A DNA stretch of 24,272 bases from a virus (taxonomy: Duplodnaviria > Caudoviricetes), in IMG/VR virus record IMGVR_UViG_3300022909_000108, positions 1-24,272 of that record; one strand, written 5' to 3'. This document shows positions 1-9,594 of the stretch, piece by piece. The notes under the pieces were generated by a model. That model made no database searches. It was not told the origin of the DNA and saw only the letters and a program-made list of their open reading frames with translations. Each line of letters begins with the position of its first letter. The stretch's first letter is position 1. The translations under genes and the position numbers were made by a program.

Positions 1-2
1 CT

Positions 3-314
3 TTGCAAAATGCAGTAGCAGCATACTTGGCAGATATGTATCCAGTAGGTTCAATAAACGCAAACAAACTTGCAAAGATACATGCTACTTCTTATGCAGG
101 TGCAACAGTTGACGGCGTTAACGTTGAAGCAATTAAAAATGTAAGTTATATTGCAGTTGATTCAAATGGTACACAAAATGAATCAGTGGTGCAAGATGTA
201 GTTTTTGCTCCAGAAGGCGCCTCAGGACTAGTTGTTCTTACACCAACAAGGTCATTAATGGTATATAAAGCAGTAGGTAACGCCTGGGTGCACCAGACAA
301 CTACAGCATATTAA
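3..314 (+). CDS. C-terminal part of a probable virion structural (baseplate/tail) protein; 5' end lies outside the window
   Basis: Frame is open from the window edge to TAA at 312-314; Val/Ala/Ser/Thr-rich composition; lies directly upstream of a fibre-like gene. Confidence 0.55.
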   Translation: MQNAVAAYLADMYPVGSINANKLAKIHATSYAGATVDGVNVEAIKNVSYIAVDSNGTQNESVVQDVVFAPEGASGLVVLTPTRSLMVYKAVGNAWVHQTTTAY

Positions 315-320
315 AAAACG

Positions 321-327
321 ATAAATA
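321..327 (+). promoter_or_regulatory. T4-late-type promoter box (ATAAATA)
   Basis: ATAAATA in the 40-nt intergenic gap, followed by an AGGGG RBS (340-344) and ATG at 355; resembles the T4 gp55 late consensus TATAAATA. Confidence 0.6.
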
Positions 328-354
328 ATAGATAGTACTAGGGGTTAAACTAAC

Positions 355-1833
355 ATGGCATATCAAATTGATAGATATAATAATACATTATTAACAGTTG
401 TCGAAGACGGCACGGTTGATCAAACTACCGATCTTAAATTTATCGGTAAAAACTATGCCGGTTACGGCGAAATCCAAAACGAGAACTTTCTTTATTTACT
501 TGAAAATTTTGCAGGAGCAAATCAACCAGCAAGACCATTAAGTGGACAAGTTTGGTTTGATACTGCTGGAAGCAAACTTAAATTTTATGACGGCGCAAAA
601 TGGCGCACTACTGGCGGCGCTGAAATTGGATCAGCTGAACCAACTGGTTTAGCAGTTGGAGACTTTTGGTGGGACTCTGGCAATGATCAGTTATATGTAT
701 ATAACGGTACGAACTTTGTATTGATTGGCCCACAAAACGCAGGCGAAGGTGTAACCCAAATGCAAAGTCTAGAAGTTCTAGACGATATTGGCGGCGTAAG
801 AGGAATTATTGGCGCAACTATCGAAGACGAAGTTGTTATGGTTATTAGTCCGACAGAATTTACATTATCAGATGCTACTCCAGTAATTGGTTTTGATAGA
901 GTCAAAAAAGGTGTAACTCTTGTTAATACTAAATTAGATACAAGCGGTGTTACATCAACACCGCATTATTTCTGGGGAACAGCTTCTAATTCATTAAAAT
1001 TAGGTGGCAGAGATGCATCAGAATATGTATTAACAGCAGTTGGCGAAAATACAATATTCAGCTCAGTTGTAGAATTTCCAGATGCTGGACTTTTTGTAGG
1101 CGATTCACAAGATCTTCAAATAATTGTTGAAAATGGCACTGAAGGTGTTATTCAAAACGTTTCAGGCAATAACAGTATTATTAAACTAAAAACAACTGAT
1201 TCACAAGGAGTTGTAACACACGTTGCAACAGTTAATTCAACTGGACTTATCCCTGCAACTGATAACACATTTAATATAGGCAGTGCTAGCTTGCGTTGGG
1301 CAAATGTTTATGCAGCTAACTTTACAGGTCTTGCAGAAAAATCCAGCGCATTAGTAGTTAGTGGAACATCTAGAAGCGGTGATATTAGTGCATCTAATAA
1401 TTCTGTTGCTGTTCGTGATGCAACTGGTAACATTGCTGCAAACTTATTCCAAGGTACTGCAACACAAGCACGATATGCTGACTTAGCAGAAAAATATACA
1501 ACTGCTGAAGAGTACCCTGTTGGTACAGTTATGGCAGTTTGCGCACACGAAGATCACGAAACTGAAGCAGCTAATACTAACAGTATTGCAATTGGTGTGA
1601 TATCACATGCACCTGCATACTTGATGAACAGCGAATGCAACGGACAAGCAATTGGTTTAAAAGGACGAGTTCCTGTGCGTGTAGTTGGACCAGTAAAGAA
1701 AGGTCAAGCAGTATACTGCGGTGACAATGGCACAGCAAATGCTGTATTAAATGGTTGCTGTTTAGTTGGAGTTGCATTAGAATCAAGTGACGACGCTTCG
1801 GAAAAATTAATCGAATGTGTACTTAAAGTTTAA
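355..1833 (+). CDS. Tail fibre / virion appendage protein with a C-terminal intramolecular-chaperone (peptidase G2-like) domain
   Basis: N-terminal 'IGKNYAGYGEIQNENFLYLLENFA' and repeated 'GQVWFD/GDFWWD...LYVYNG' blocks typical of large-phage fibre proteins; 'DNTFNIGSASLRWANVY' fibre motif; C-terminal 'YADLAEKY...IGVIS..PAYLMN...GRVPVRV.G.VKKG'. Confidence 0.75.
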   Translation: MAYQIDRYNNTLLTVVEDGTVDQTTDLKFIGKNYAGYGEIQNENFLYLLENFAGANQPARPLSGQVWFDTAGSKLKFYDGAKWRTTGGAEIGSAEPTGLAVGDFWWDSGNDQLYVYNGTNFVLIGPQNAGEGVTQMQSLEVLDDIGGVRGIIGATIEDEVVMVISPTEFTLSDATPVIGFDRVKKGVTLVNTKLDTSGVTSTPHYFWGTASNSLKLGGRDASEYVLTAVGENTIFSSVVEFPDAGLFVGDSQDLQIIVENGTEGVIQNVSGNNSIIKLKTTDSQGVVTHVATVNSTGLIPATDNTFNIGSASLRWANVYAANFTGLAEKSSALVVSGTSRSGDISASNNSVAVRDATGNIAANLFQGTATQARYADLAEKYTTAEEYPVGTVMAVCAHEDHETEAANTNSIAIGVISHAPAYLMNSECNGQAIGLKGRVPVRVVGPVKKGQAVYCGDNGTANAVLNGCCLVGVALESSDDASEKLIECVLKV

Positions 1834-1842
1834 GGATTACTA

Positions 1843-2766
1843 ATGGCCGATATTACCGCAACTCGAATAAACAATTTACACGAAAAGATTAAACTTGTTC
1901 TAGGAGTTGGAGCAGGACAAAATGGATATGGACAAGTTCTTGTAAGTTCTCCTGTTTCAAATTTAGGAGATATTGCATCTGCAGAAGACGTAAATAATAT
2001 CTACGCTGATGTATTAAAGGCTAGAATACACCAAGTCGGTGTAGGTGATATTGGTATTGCAGAAGTAATACAAAATTTAAATACTATTGCATTAGATACA
2101 AGTAATTTTGTTGATGACGATGGAATTACAACACCTGATCCTGAAGGAAATAAAAAGGGTATTGTTGATTTTGAAAACTTAATGTCATCAGTTGAAATTG
2201 ATAAATTTTTAATGCATCCGTCGCAAGCTGCACTTGAGCCTGCAATTAACAGTGTGAGAACTGCTACTTGGAATGGATTAATTAAACACCAAGTAATTGT
2301 AACGTTTACTGATGAAAACGAGCGTAGATATTTTTTTAACACTGGCGGCGAAATTAGAATTAGTGCAAACAATACTAGTGCATCTACACCTAAAGGACTA
2401 GATTGGGCTGAAGTTTGCTCACAAGTAGGAATAGTATCATTTAGTGCTAACAATACGCAGAGTACGCAAGGTGGTGCCCAGAGTATTGGTAATTATACAT
2501 TAACTTCTTCTGATCAAACAGTATATCAAAAAATTGGCGGCGGCACATATAGTACAGTTTACGCAGGAAACATTTATACAATAAAAGCTAGGTCAGAATC
2601 TGATAACACTATTATATTTACAGTTGAGTTTAATGACGTTGTGTTTGATAACAACGTCGACAATAATGTAGATGGACGACTTGAAAGTACTTTTCAACAT
2701 TATCGGGCAAGCGCCGATGTTGATGTTGCTGCACCTGCGTATTTTAATCAAATCACTCTTGCATAA
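1843..2766 (+). CDS. Virion structural protein (tail/baseplate-associated), paralog of 2825-3829
   Basis: AAGGA RBS before the ATG; shares 'YGQ', 'R.HQ.G', 'WNG.I.H...VTF', 'R.FFN.GGEIR.SA' and 'IGNY.L' motifs with the next gene. Confidence 0.7.
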   Translation: MADITATRINNLHEKIKLVLGVGAGQNGYGQVLVSSPVSNLGDIASAEDVNNIYADVLKARIHQVGVGDIGIAEVIQNLNTIALDTSNFVDDDGITTPDPEGNKKGIVDFENLMSSVEIDKFLMHPSQAALEPAINSVRTATWNGLIKHQVIVTFTDENERRYFFNTGGEIRISANNTSASTPKGLDWAEVCSQVGIVSFSANNTQSTQGGAQSIGNYTLTSSDQTVYQKIGGGTYSTVYAGNIYTIKARSESDNTIIFTVEFNDVVFDNNVDNNVDGRLESTFQHYRASADVDVAAPAYFNQITLA

Positions 2767-2798
2767 TTCGGCTTTAATTGTTTTAACAATTAAATAAA

Positions 2799-2805
2799 AT
2801 AAATA
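2799..2805 (+). promoter_or_regulatory. T4-late-type promoter box (ATAAATA)
   Basis: ATAAATA, with a second TTAAATA at 2790-2796, in the intergenic gap ~20 nt before ATG 2825. Confidence 0.55.
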
Positions 2806-2824
2806 CTGGGTAAAGAGAGTACTG

Positions 2825-3829
2825 ATGGCTACAACTACAACAATATTAGCAAGTAGATATAACACGCTTAGAAATTTAACAAATAAAGTTCTAGGAGCGT
2901 CTGTATCAGCATCACCTAATTATGGTTACGGTCAAGGATTTTCAACTTCTGCAGTTGTTGGATCTAGAGCTGATTCGACATTATCAACTGTTAATAAAAT
3001 AAGTGCGCAAGATTACGAAGATTTATACATTGACTTAGTAAGAACAAGGGCACATCAAATTGGATCTTTTGCAATATCTCCATTTGTTCTAGGTGACTAC
3101 GAAACTAACTTAGCTAGCACTGATAAAGTTGAATTGGCATATATGACTGCGCTCGAATCATTAGCTGCCCAAATAGAAACAGATAGATTTTTAATTCATC
3201 CAACGCAATTTAATCTAGACACTCTTAAGAATACTCAAGGTGCCCCGCTTGTTAGTACACGATTAAATAGTGCCAATGGCACATGGAATGGGGTTATTAC
3301 ACATATTTTTACAGTAACATTTGAATCAGATGTTAAAAGACGTGAATTTTTTAATGCCGGTGGAGAAATTCGATTAAGCGCACTTGTATCATATGTAGGT
3401 AGTCAAGCAAAAACAGTTGATTGGCAAACAATTTTAGCAGCAATGGGTAGTATTAGTTTCAAAGCTAATAATACTGCCAGCAATGTTGCCGGTCAGGGCA
3501 CAGGCTATCCGATTGGAAATTATCAATTATCTAGTACATACCAACGTGCTTATTCTCGTACCGGCGGAACAACATATGCAAGAAATAACTATACTATAGA
3601 TGTATTATCACTGAATACATCTACAATACAGTTTAAAGTTTCGTTTGTTGACGGACAACCAAACGATATTACATATGGTATCGACGAAGCAGTATTTGGA
3701 GACTTTACTAGCAGAGCTGAACTTGCTCAACCAGACGGAGTAGTAACAATTAATGGAATTGAGCATCCGACTGTATTATTTCCTATTGCAAAGTTACCAA
3801 AAGGTTCAACTGTTTCGAATCTAGGATAA
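2825..3829 (+). CDS. Virion structural protein (tail/baseplate-associated), paralog of 1843-2766
   Basis: Ser/Thr/Gly-rich 334-aa ORF with the shared 'RREFFNAGGEIRLSA' motif. Confidence 0.7.
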   Translation: MATTTTILASRYNTLRNLTNKVLGASVSASPNYGYGQGFSTSAVVGSRADSTLSTVNKISAQDYEDLYIDLVRTRAHQIGSFAISPFVLGDYETNLASTDKVELAYMTALESLAAQIETDRFLIHPTQFNLDTLKNTQGAPLVSTRLNSANGTWNGVITHIFTVTFESDVKRREFFNAGGEIRLSALVSYVGSQAKTVDWQTILAAMGSISFKANNTASNVAGQGTGYPIGNYQLSSTYQRAYSRTGGTTYARNNYTIDVLSLNTSTIQFKVSFVDGQPNDITYGIDEAVFGDFTSRAELAQPDGVVTINGIEHPTVLFPIAKLPKGSTVSNLG

Positions 3830-3841
3830 CCATCTTTTAGG

Positions 3842-3870
3842 TTGACGCAGATCAAAATTTGTTATATACT
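3842..3870 (+). promoter_or_regulatory. Sigma70-type promoter (TTGACG-N17-TATACT)
   Basis: -35 TTGACG at 3842-3847, exactly 17-nt spacer, -10 TATACT at 3865-3870; AGGA RBS at 3884-3887 before ATG 3895. Confidence 0.7.
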
Positions 3871-3894
3871 GTACAAGTATATTAGGAATAAATT

Positions 3895-4239
3895 ATGGAT
3901 CAGCGTTTAAAAAAAGCAATTGATTTTTCTAATTATGCGGTTACTCTTAGTAACCAAAAACGCATATTAAACGAAAAATTTAAAGAAAGTTGTGTATATT
4001 ATTTTAATGGTAGTCAATTTACTATTACTCAAGAAATTATAGGATTCTGTCAAGCATTAGCACATACTACTTCAATTATATTAATTGATGACAACGGTAT
4101 TCCAGTTAAAATTGATAACTTGTTAAGTTTTACAGCAGATATTATTGAAATATACACTAACGCATCTAATGAATATTTAGATGAATATAACGAATTAAAA
4201 AAATCTAGATCAGTTGAAAAATTAATAAATTATGAGTAA
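3895..4239 (+). CDS. Hypothetical protein, possibly tail-assembly-chaperone-like
   Basis: 114-aa ORF with promoter and RBS; position between the structural genes and the enzyme cluster; no catalytic motif recognised. Confidence 0.55.
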   Translation: MDQRLKKAIDFSNYAVTLSNQKRILNEKFKESCVYYFNGSQFTITQEIIGFCQALAHTTSIILIDDNGIPVKIDNLLSFTADIIEIYTNASNEYLDEYNELKKSRSVEKLINYE

Positions 4240-5086
4240 AGGTGCAGTACTAATTGCTAAAAATAATAAGTACGTGGACTATATTAAGCAAGCAGTATTT
4301 CTTGCGCAACGTATTAAAAAATATTTAGATATTCCAACTACTATTATTACTGATAACACATCGTATCTAGTTAAAACATATGACGCAACTGTTTTTGATC
4401 AAATTATCGTGATCAAAGATACTGCATCGTCAGTTAATGAGCGATTATTCTTTGACGGCACAACTTCTAACAAAACAGCTAGCTTTCGAAATAGCAATAG
4501 GGCAATAGCATACGAGTTATCGCCGTATGATGAAACATTATTATTAGATACTGATTATATTATTTCAAATAATATTTTAAAAAATTGTTTTAAATCAAAT
4601 AATGATTTTTTAATATATAAGGATGCAAGCGATCTTGCCCAGGTTAGAGATGAACAAGAATTTAAATTTATAAGTGAGATTGGTGTAGACTTTTATTGGG
4701 CTACTGCTGTATTTTTTAGGAAAACATTATCTAATAAAATATACTTTGATCTTGTATCTCATATTGAAGAGGAATGGACACACTATCGTAGAACTTATCA
4801 GATCGAATCTTCTACATTTAGAAATGATTATGCCTTTAGTATTGCTATCCATATTATGAATGGATTTCAACAAGGAGACTTTGCTAATCCAATGCCGGGA
4901 AAAATGTGGTACACTACTGATAAAGATTTGTTAATTTCTTTAACTGATGGTAATATGACTTTTCTTGTTGAGAAAAAGAATGAATTAGGTAATTATACAG
5001 CCTTATCGTCGTCAAATCAAACAGTACATGTTATGAACAAATTTAGTCTAGGGCGCATAATCGATAAGGAATTTGCAAATGTCTAA
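4232..5086 (+). CDS. GT-A fold glycosyltransferase (GT8-like nucleotide-diphospho-sugar transferase)
   Basis: 'YELSPYDETLLLDTDYII' DxD motif, downstream 'RNDYAFSIA' and 'VHVMNK'; 8-nt overlap (ATGAGTAA) with the upstream gene. Confidence 0.75.
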   Translation: MSKGAVLIAKNNKYVDYIKQAVFLAQRIKKYLDIPTTIITDNTSYLVKTYDATVFDQIIVIKDTASSVNERLFFDGTTSNKTASFRNSNRAIAYELSPYDETLLLDTDYIISNNILKNCFKSNNDFLIYKDASDLAQVRDEQEFKFISEIGVDFYWATAVFFRKTLSNKIYFDLVSHIEEEWTHYRRTYQIESSTFRNDYAFSIAIHIMNGFQQGDFANPMPGKMWYTTDKDLLISLTDGNMTFLVEKKNELGNYTALSSSNQTVHVMNKFSLGRIIDKEFANV

Positions 5087-5906
5087 CGGATATGTAATGC
5101 TTGCGCAAAACAGCCAAGATAACTATGTATTGCAAGCATGCCTTTGTGCAATGAGTTTAAAAGTAACACAACAGTTTTCGAATGTGTCATTGATAACTAA
5201 CGATGATGTTCCCCAAGAATATCAACATTTATTTGATAAAATTATTCCTATTCCCGGAACCGACGATGCAGCCGATTCTAATTGGAAGATTGAAAATCGG
5301 TGGAAAATTTATAATGCAAGTCCGTATAACAAGACAATAGTATTAGATACAGATATGATTGTGCTTAGTGACTTAACATCGTATTGGAATTTTTTAGAAA
5401 AGTATAAAATATTTTTTACAGGCAATGTTTATAACTATCGCGGAACAATTGCTGATAATAGTTTTTACAGACAAACATTTCTTGACAATAACTTACCTAA
5501 TCTATATAGCGGGCTACATTATTTTGAAAAATCTAATTCTGCTAGTGAATTCTATTTGTGGTTAGAAGTTGTATTAACTAATTGGCAATTGTTTTATAAA
5601 TCTTTTTTAGATATTAAATCTAGACCAGTGGGTCCTAGTATTGATGTGTGTGCAGCAATAGTTGCAGTGATATTAGATATTAATATCACTAATTATAAAC
5701 CACTGTTTACCCATATGAAATTAAAAAGCCAGGGTTGGTTAAAACCTTCATCCTCTTGGCAAATACATGCAGGTTGTTACGTATCAACGGATGGAACAAT
5801 TAAGATTGGTAATTATTTACAAACGGGTATATTGCATTATACTGAAAAAGACCTGTTGACTAATACTAACATTGTTTCAATATATAAGGATATTTTAAAT
5901 GTCTAA
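5079..5906 (+). CDS. GT-A fold glycosyltransferase, paralog of 4232-5086
   Basis: 'YNASPYNKTIVLDTDMIV' DxD motif, 'FTHMK', 'LHY'. Start moved from 5073 to ATG 5079 because of the AAGGA RBS at 5066-5070 and MSNGYV aligning with MSKGAV. Confidence 0.75.
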   Translation: MSNGYVMLAQNSQDNYVLQACLCAMSLKVTQQFSNVSLITNDDVPQEYQHLFDKIIPIPGTDDAADSNWKIENRWKIYNASPYNKTIVLDTDMIVLSDLTSYWNFLEKYKIFFTGNVYNYRGTIADNSFYRQTFLDNNLPNLYSGLHYFEKSNSASEFYLWLEVVLTNWQLFYKSFLDIKSRPVGPSIDVCAAIVAVILDINITNYKPLFTHMKLKSQGWLKPSSSWQIHAGCYVSTDGTIKIGNYLQTGILHYTEKDLLTNTNIVSIYKDILNV

Positions 5907-6504
5907 TCTGCAAGAATTATTTAAAAAAATATCAAATACATCTATTAATGTTAATCAAAATACTTACGTTTACTACGATAGTTTAGGTATAATAAATAAA
6001 ATTAGTAATCGTAAATTAAATGACACTGAGTTTAATATATTAGAAATTCCTATCGACGATACTAACGATATATTATCAGGTAAAAAAAGAACAAGTGATT
6101 ATATAGTAATTAATCACCCTGAAACAAAAACTCCTATACTAACACTTGTTAGTAATGTATTAATTACACCTGATGCAACTAATAATTGTTATAATATACC
6201 CAAGAATATTTCTAATGCAAATGTTACTATTATAAAAAATTTAAAAGCAAAATGTTGGGAATTAAAACTTGATGCCGCTAGTAAATTGTTTATAGAAAGT
6301 TTAAAAGACTCAAAAAACGTATTTTATTTTAGTGTAACAAAAAAGAATGATCCTAATATACTTTATAGATCTATTGAATTTAAAAATGTATCACCGGTGC
6401 CGTTTGAATACCCGTTTGAATTTAATAACGAAGATGTAAGTATATATACGTCAAAATATTTTAATATATATTCTATGGAAATTAAAGATGCCACAATTAT
6501 TTAA
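5899..6504 (+). CDS. Hypothetical protein (very AT-rich)
   Basis: 201-aa ORF with AAGGA RBS and 8-nt overlap (ATGTCTAA) with the upstream gene; no motif recognised. Confidence 0.6.
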   Translation: MSNLQELFKKISNTSINVNQNTYVYYDSLGIINKISNRKLNDTEFNILEIPIDDTNDILSGKKRTSDYIVINHPETKTPILTLVSNVLITPDATNNCYNIPKNISNANVTIIKNLKAKCWELKLDAASKLFIESLKDSKNVFYFSVTKKNDPNILYRSIEFKNVSPVPFEYPFEFNNEDVSIYTSKYFNIYSMEIKDATII

Positions 6505-8092
6505 AGTAATCGACTGTGATATTATCTATCTAAGTTATGATGAGCCGAACGCAGAAAAAAACTATGCAGATTTGTGTACTAAAGTGCCTTGGGCAAAACG
6601 TGTACACGGTGTAGAAGGCAGTGATGCTGCACATAAGGCTTGTGCAAATCTAAGTGAAACAGATCGTTTCATTACTATTGACGGCGATAATATTGTTGAC
6701 AGAGATTTCCTTAATCAAGAAATCGAGTTTAAAGAGCATGTTGACTTGTCTACTAGTGTCATCAGTTGGTCTGCAAAAAATTCTATTAACGACCTTACAT
6801 ATGGCAACGGCGGCATCAAGTGCTGGCCTAAGCAGCATGTATTAAACATGCGTACACACGAAAATGCTGATGCTGATAATATTGCAGCACAAGTAGACTT
6901 TTGTTGGGACTTGAATTACTTACAGCAAAATGCAATATTTTCTACTATACATAACAATGCTACACCTCAACAAGCCTGGCGTGCTGGATTTCGTGAAGGG
7001 GTCAAAATGTCACTTGATCAAGGAGCCAAACCCTCCATAGAAAATTTTATAAATGGTCACAAGCGTAACCTACAACGACTATATATTTGGTTAATGGTCG
7101 GTGCAGATGTGCAAAATGGTCTTTGGGCAATACTAGGCGCAAGAGCAGGTTTATACATGACAATGTGTACAGATTGGGATTATGTACAAGTACGTGACTT
7201 TGAGTATTTAAATGATTTATGGAAAGTTTCTTTTGAGTCAATTGAAGATATTGAATATGAAATAGAAGAATACGGCAACAAACTTATACAAAAGTTACAA
7301 ATACCGATATCTTCTGTGCCATTTAATAAACAGCAAAGTGCATTTTTTAAACAAATGTACGTTCAACCTGTACGTACTACTGATATAAGCAACATTGTTA
7401 TAAAAAGTAATTATGACATATTTATGATTTCTTACAATGAATCTAACGCAGATGTAAATTACGAAAAGTTAAAAAAGAAATTTTCTCGAATTAAACGAAT
7501 AGACGGCGTTAAAGGTATTCATGCTGCACACAAAGCCGCAGCAGATGCATGCACTACACCGATGATGTGGGTAATTGACGCTGATGCAGATGTGTTAGAC
7601 ACATTTAATTTTGATTACAATGTCGATGACCACGATCGAGATTGTGTGTTTGTATGGCATAGTAAAAACCCAATCAACGATTTAGAATATGGATATGGAG
7701 GCATCAAGTTATTTCCTACTAAACTAACTCGCAGTATGGATATGTCTAAACCTGATATGACTACAAGCATTAGTACTAAATTTAAGAAGATGGAAGAAGT
7801 AGCGTGTGTTACTCGATTTAATACAGACGAATTTAGTACTTGGCGTAGTGCATTTAGAGAATGTTGCAAACTTAGTAGTAAAGTAATTGATAGGCAGAAA
7901 AATGAAGAAACAGAACATCGTTTACATGTCTGGCAGACAGTCGGGAAAGACCGTCCTTACGGAGAATGGGCTATTAAAGGCGCAGAAGCAGGGACTGCTT
8001 ACGGAACAGCAAGTCAAGGCGACATTGAAGCTCTTAAAAAAATAAATGATTTTGAATGGTTAATGGAGAAGTTTAATGAACAAGGAAACTAA
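6488..8092 (+). CDS. Glycosyltransferase-like protein with two tandem GT-A-like domains
   Basis: Duplicated motifs: SYDEPNA/SYNESNA, GSDAAHKA/GIHAAHKA, IDGD/IDAD (DxD), YGNGGIK/YGYGGIK, WRAGFRE/WRSAFRE. Confidence 0.7.
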   Translation: MPQLFKVIDCDIIYLSYDEPNAEKNYADLCTKVPWAKRVHGVEGSDAAHKACANLSETDRFITIDGDNIVDRDFLNQEIEFKEHVDLSTSVISWSAKNSINDLTYGNGGIKCWPKQHVLNMRTHENADADNIAAQVDFCWDLNYLQQNAIFSTIHNNATPQQAWRAGFREGVKMSLDQGAKPSIENFINGHKRNLQRLYIWLMVGADVQNGLWAILGARAGLYMTMCTDWDYVQVRDFEYLNDLWKVSFESIEDIEYEIEEYGNKLIQKLQIPISSVPFNKQQSAFFKQMYVQPVRTTDISNIVIKSNYDIFMISYNESNADVNYEKLKKKFSRIKRIDGVKGIHAAHKAAADACTTPMMWVIDADADVLDTFNFDYNVDDHDRDCVFVWHSKNPINDLEYGYGGIKLFPTKLTRSMDMSKPDMTTSISTKFKKMEEVACVTRFNTDEFSTWRSAFRECCKLSSKVIDRQKNEETEHRLHVWQTVGKDRPYGEWAIKGAEAGTAYGTASQGDIEALKKINDFEWLMEKFNEQGN

Positions 8093-9035
8093 CACAAATT
8101 CCATCAGTTGGCTGCATGGCTTGCAAGATTATTTTGAATTTACAAACAAACATGATATTTCTCAATTTTGTAAAAACTTTTTAAAGGTTTTATATTCTGA
8201 AAATAAAGCACCTGTACTGCGCAATGTAATACTTGAAGGTATAGAAACCAACCCTGTAGATAACGTTGTTAACTTTTTTAGTCATACTGTTAATGATGAA
8301 CAAAACATGAAACTAAAGGAAATTAGTACAGCCTTACAACTATTATATCCAAATGAAGAACTATTAAACATATTAGCAAAGTATTATAGATTGCATGATA
8401 CAAATATTGCTGATGCATTTAGTAGAGGACAAGTAAATAGCAAAACATGGATGGTTTCTGAATTAGCAAAAATTAAAGATAATTTTGAAATGATTCATAT
8501 TCATGCTGGTTGGATGGGTCAAACAAGATTATATTTAGATGCTGCAAATATTTCTTATAATAAAATGAGAATATTTGATGTTGATAGGTTTGCTTGTGAA
8601 GTGAGTGACACAATATTCAACAACGATCTTATTGAAGGATACAAAGCTAAAGCAACTGAACTAAGACTTCCTCTTAGAGACGATTCAGAGGAAGAACAAA
8701 ATATGCCTTGGGTGACTAGAACTGGTATCGAGTACGATGTACAAAATTATAACAAAGGTAATTCTTACAAAGAAAAAACAATGCCTGATTTAATTATAAA
8801 TTCTAGTGCAGAGCACATGAGCAGTGTGTGGTATCACAAAATGATTAATCGTCCTATGGAAACAGATCCTTTATTTGTAATACAAACAAACAACTTGTTT
8901 GATGTACTAGAGCATCAACTGTGTGTATATACTTTAGATCACATGCAAAAGAAGTTTCCTATGAGTAGATTAGAGTTTGCTGGAGAAAAAGAAATGTACG
9001 GATATAAAAGATTTATGATGATAGGTCGACCATGA
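8076..9035 (+). CDS. Class I SAM-dependent methyltransferase-like protein
   Basis: 'DAFSRGQVNSKTW', beta1 'IHIHAGWMG', acidic 'IFDVD' at the end of beta2, 'DLIINSSAEHM', C-terminal 'YKRFMMIG'. Confidence 0.6.
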   Translation: MNKETNTNSISWLHGLQDYFEFTNKHDISQFCKNFLKVLYSENKAPVLRNVILEGIETNPVDNVVNFFSHTVNDEQNMKLKEISTALQLLYPNEELLNILAKYYRLHDTNIADAFSRGQVNSKTWMVSELAKIKDNFEMIHIHAGWMGQTRLYLDAANISYNKMRIFDVDRFACEVSDTIFNNDLIEGYKAKATELRLPLRDDSEEEQNMPWVTRTGIEYDVQNYNKGNSYKEKTMPDLIINSSAEHMSSVWYHKMINRPMETDPLFVIQTNNLFDVLEHQLCVYTLDHMQKKFPMSRLEFAGEKEMYGYKRFMMIGRP

Positions 9036-9253
9036 ATTTAGATAATTTAAGTTTAAGAGATCTTCAAAAAGAAAGTGCTAAGGCATTAAGCACAATAGAA
9101 GCTACTAATAACAATATTTGGCAATTTAACAAACAAGCACATCACAATAGTCAAAATTGGTATAAGGCAGTTATTGAATGGTATGTAGAACAGTACGGAG
9201 ACTTGCCTAGTCGAGTAGGTCCTGGCAAAGATATAAAATTGGTATTAGAATGA
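9032..9253 (+). CDS. Small hypothetical protein
   Basis: 73-aa ORF coupled by ATGA overlaps on both sides. Confidence 0.65.
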   Translation: MNLDNLSLRDLQKESAKALSTIEATNNNIWQFNKQAHHNSQNWYKAVIEWYVEQYGDLPSRVGPGKDIKLVLE

Positions 9254-9594
9254 TTTTTAAAAATAATATTAAACTTTACTACTTTAAAGACACGCAAGAA
9301 ATTACCCTTAGTATCAAAGTAGCTGATAATTTTGTTAATTCATATAGATTTACAGAATCGCAATTTGATAAAATAATAGAAAATTGGGATAAACCTGGCG
9401 GAATTGAATTTAGAACAAATAACGGTAGTTGGATGTTCCAACATAAAAAAAGAGGACCTAGACCAGTTTGTGAGCCTGCAAATTATGTTAGAATTGATTA
9501 CTGGCGCGACGAACAAAGTTTTCATTACAGATTAAATTATGATGATATGATTAGTATTGTAAAAGATTATTTTTATCAAAAGGAAATCAAGTAA
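9250..9594 (+). CDS. Hypothetical protein
   Basis: 114-aa ORF; ATGA overlap upstream, stop directly abuts the next ATG. Confidence 0.6.
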   Translation: MIFKNNIKLYYFKDTQEITLSIKVADNFVNSYRFTESQFDKIIENWDKPGGIEFRTNNGSWMFQHKKRGPRPVCEPANYVRIDYWRDEQSFHYRLNYDDMISIVKDYFYQKEIK

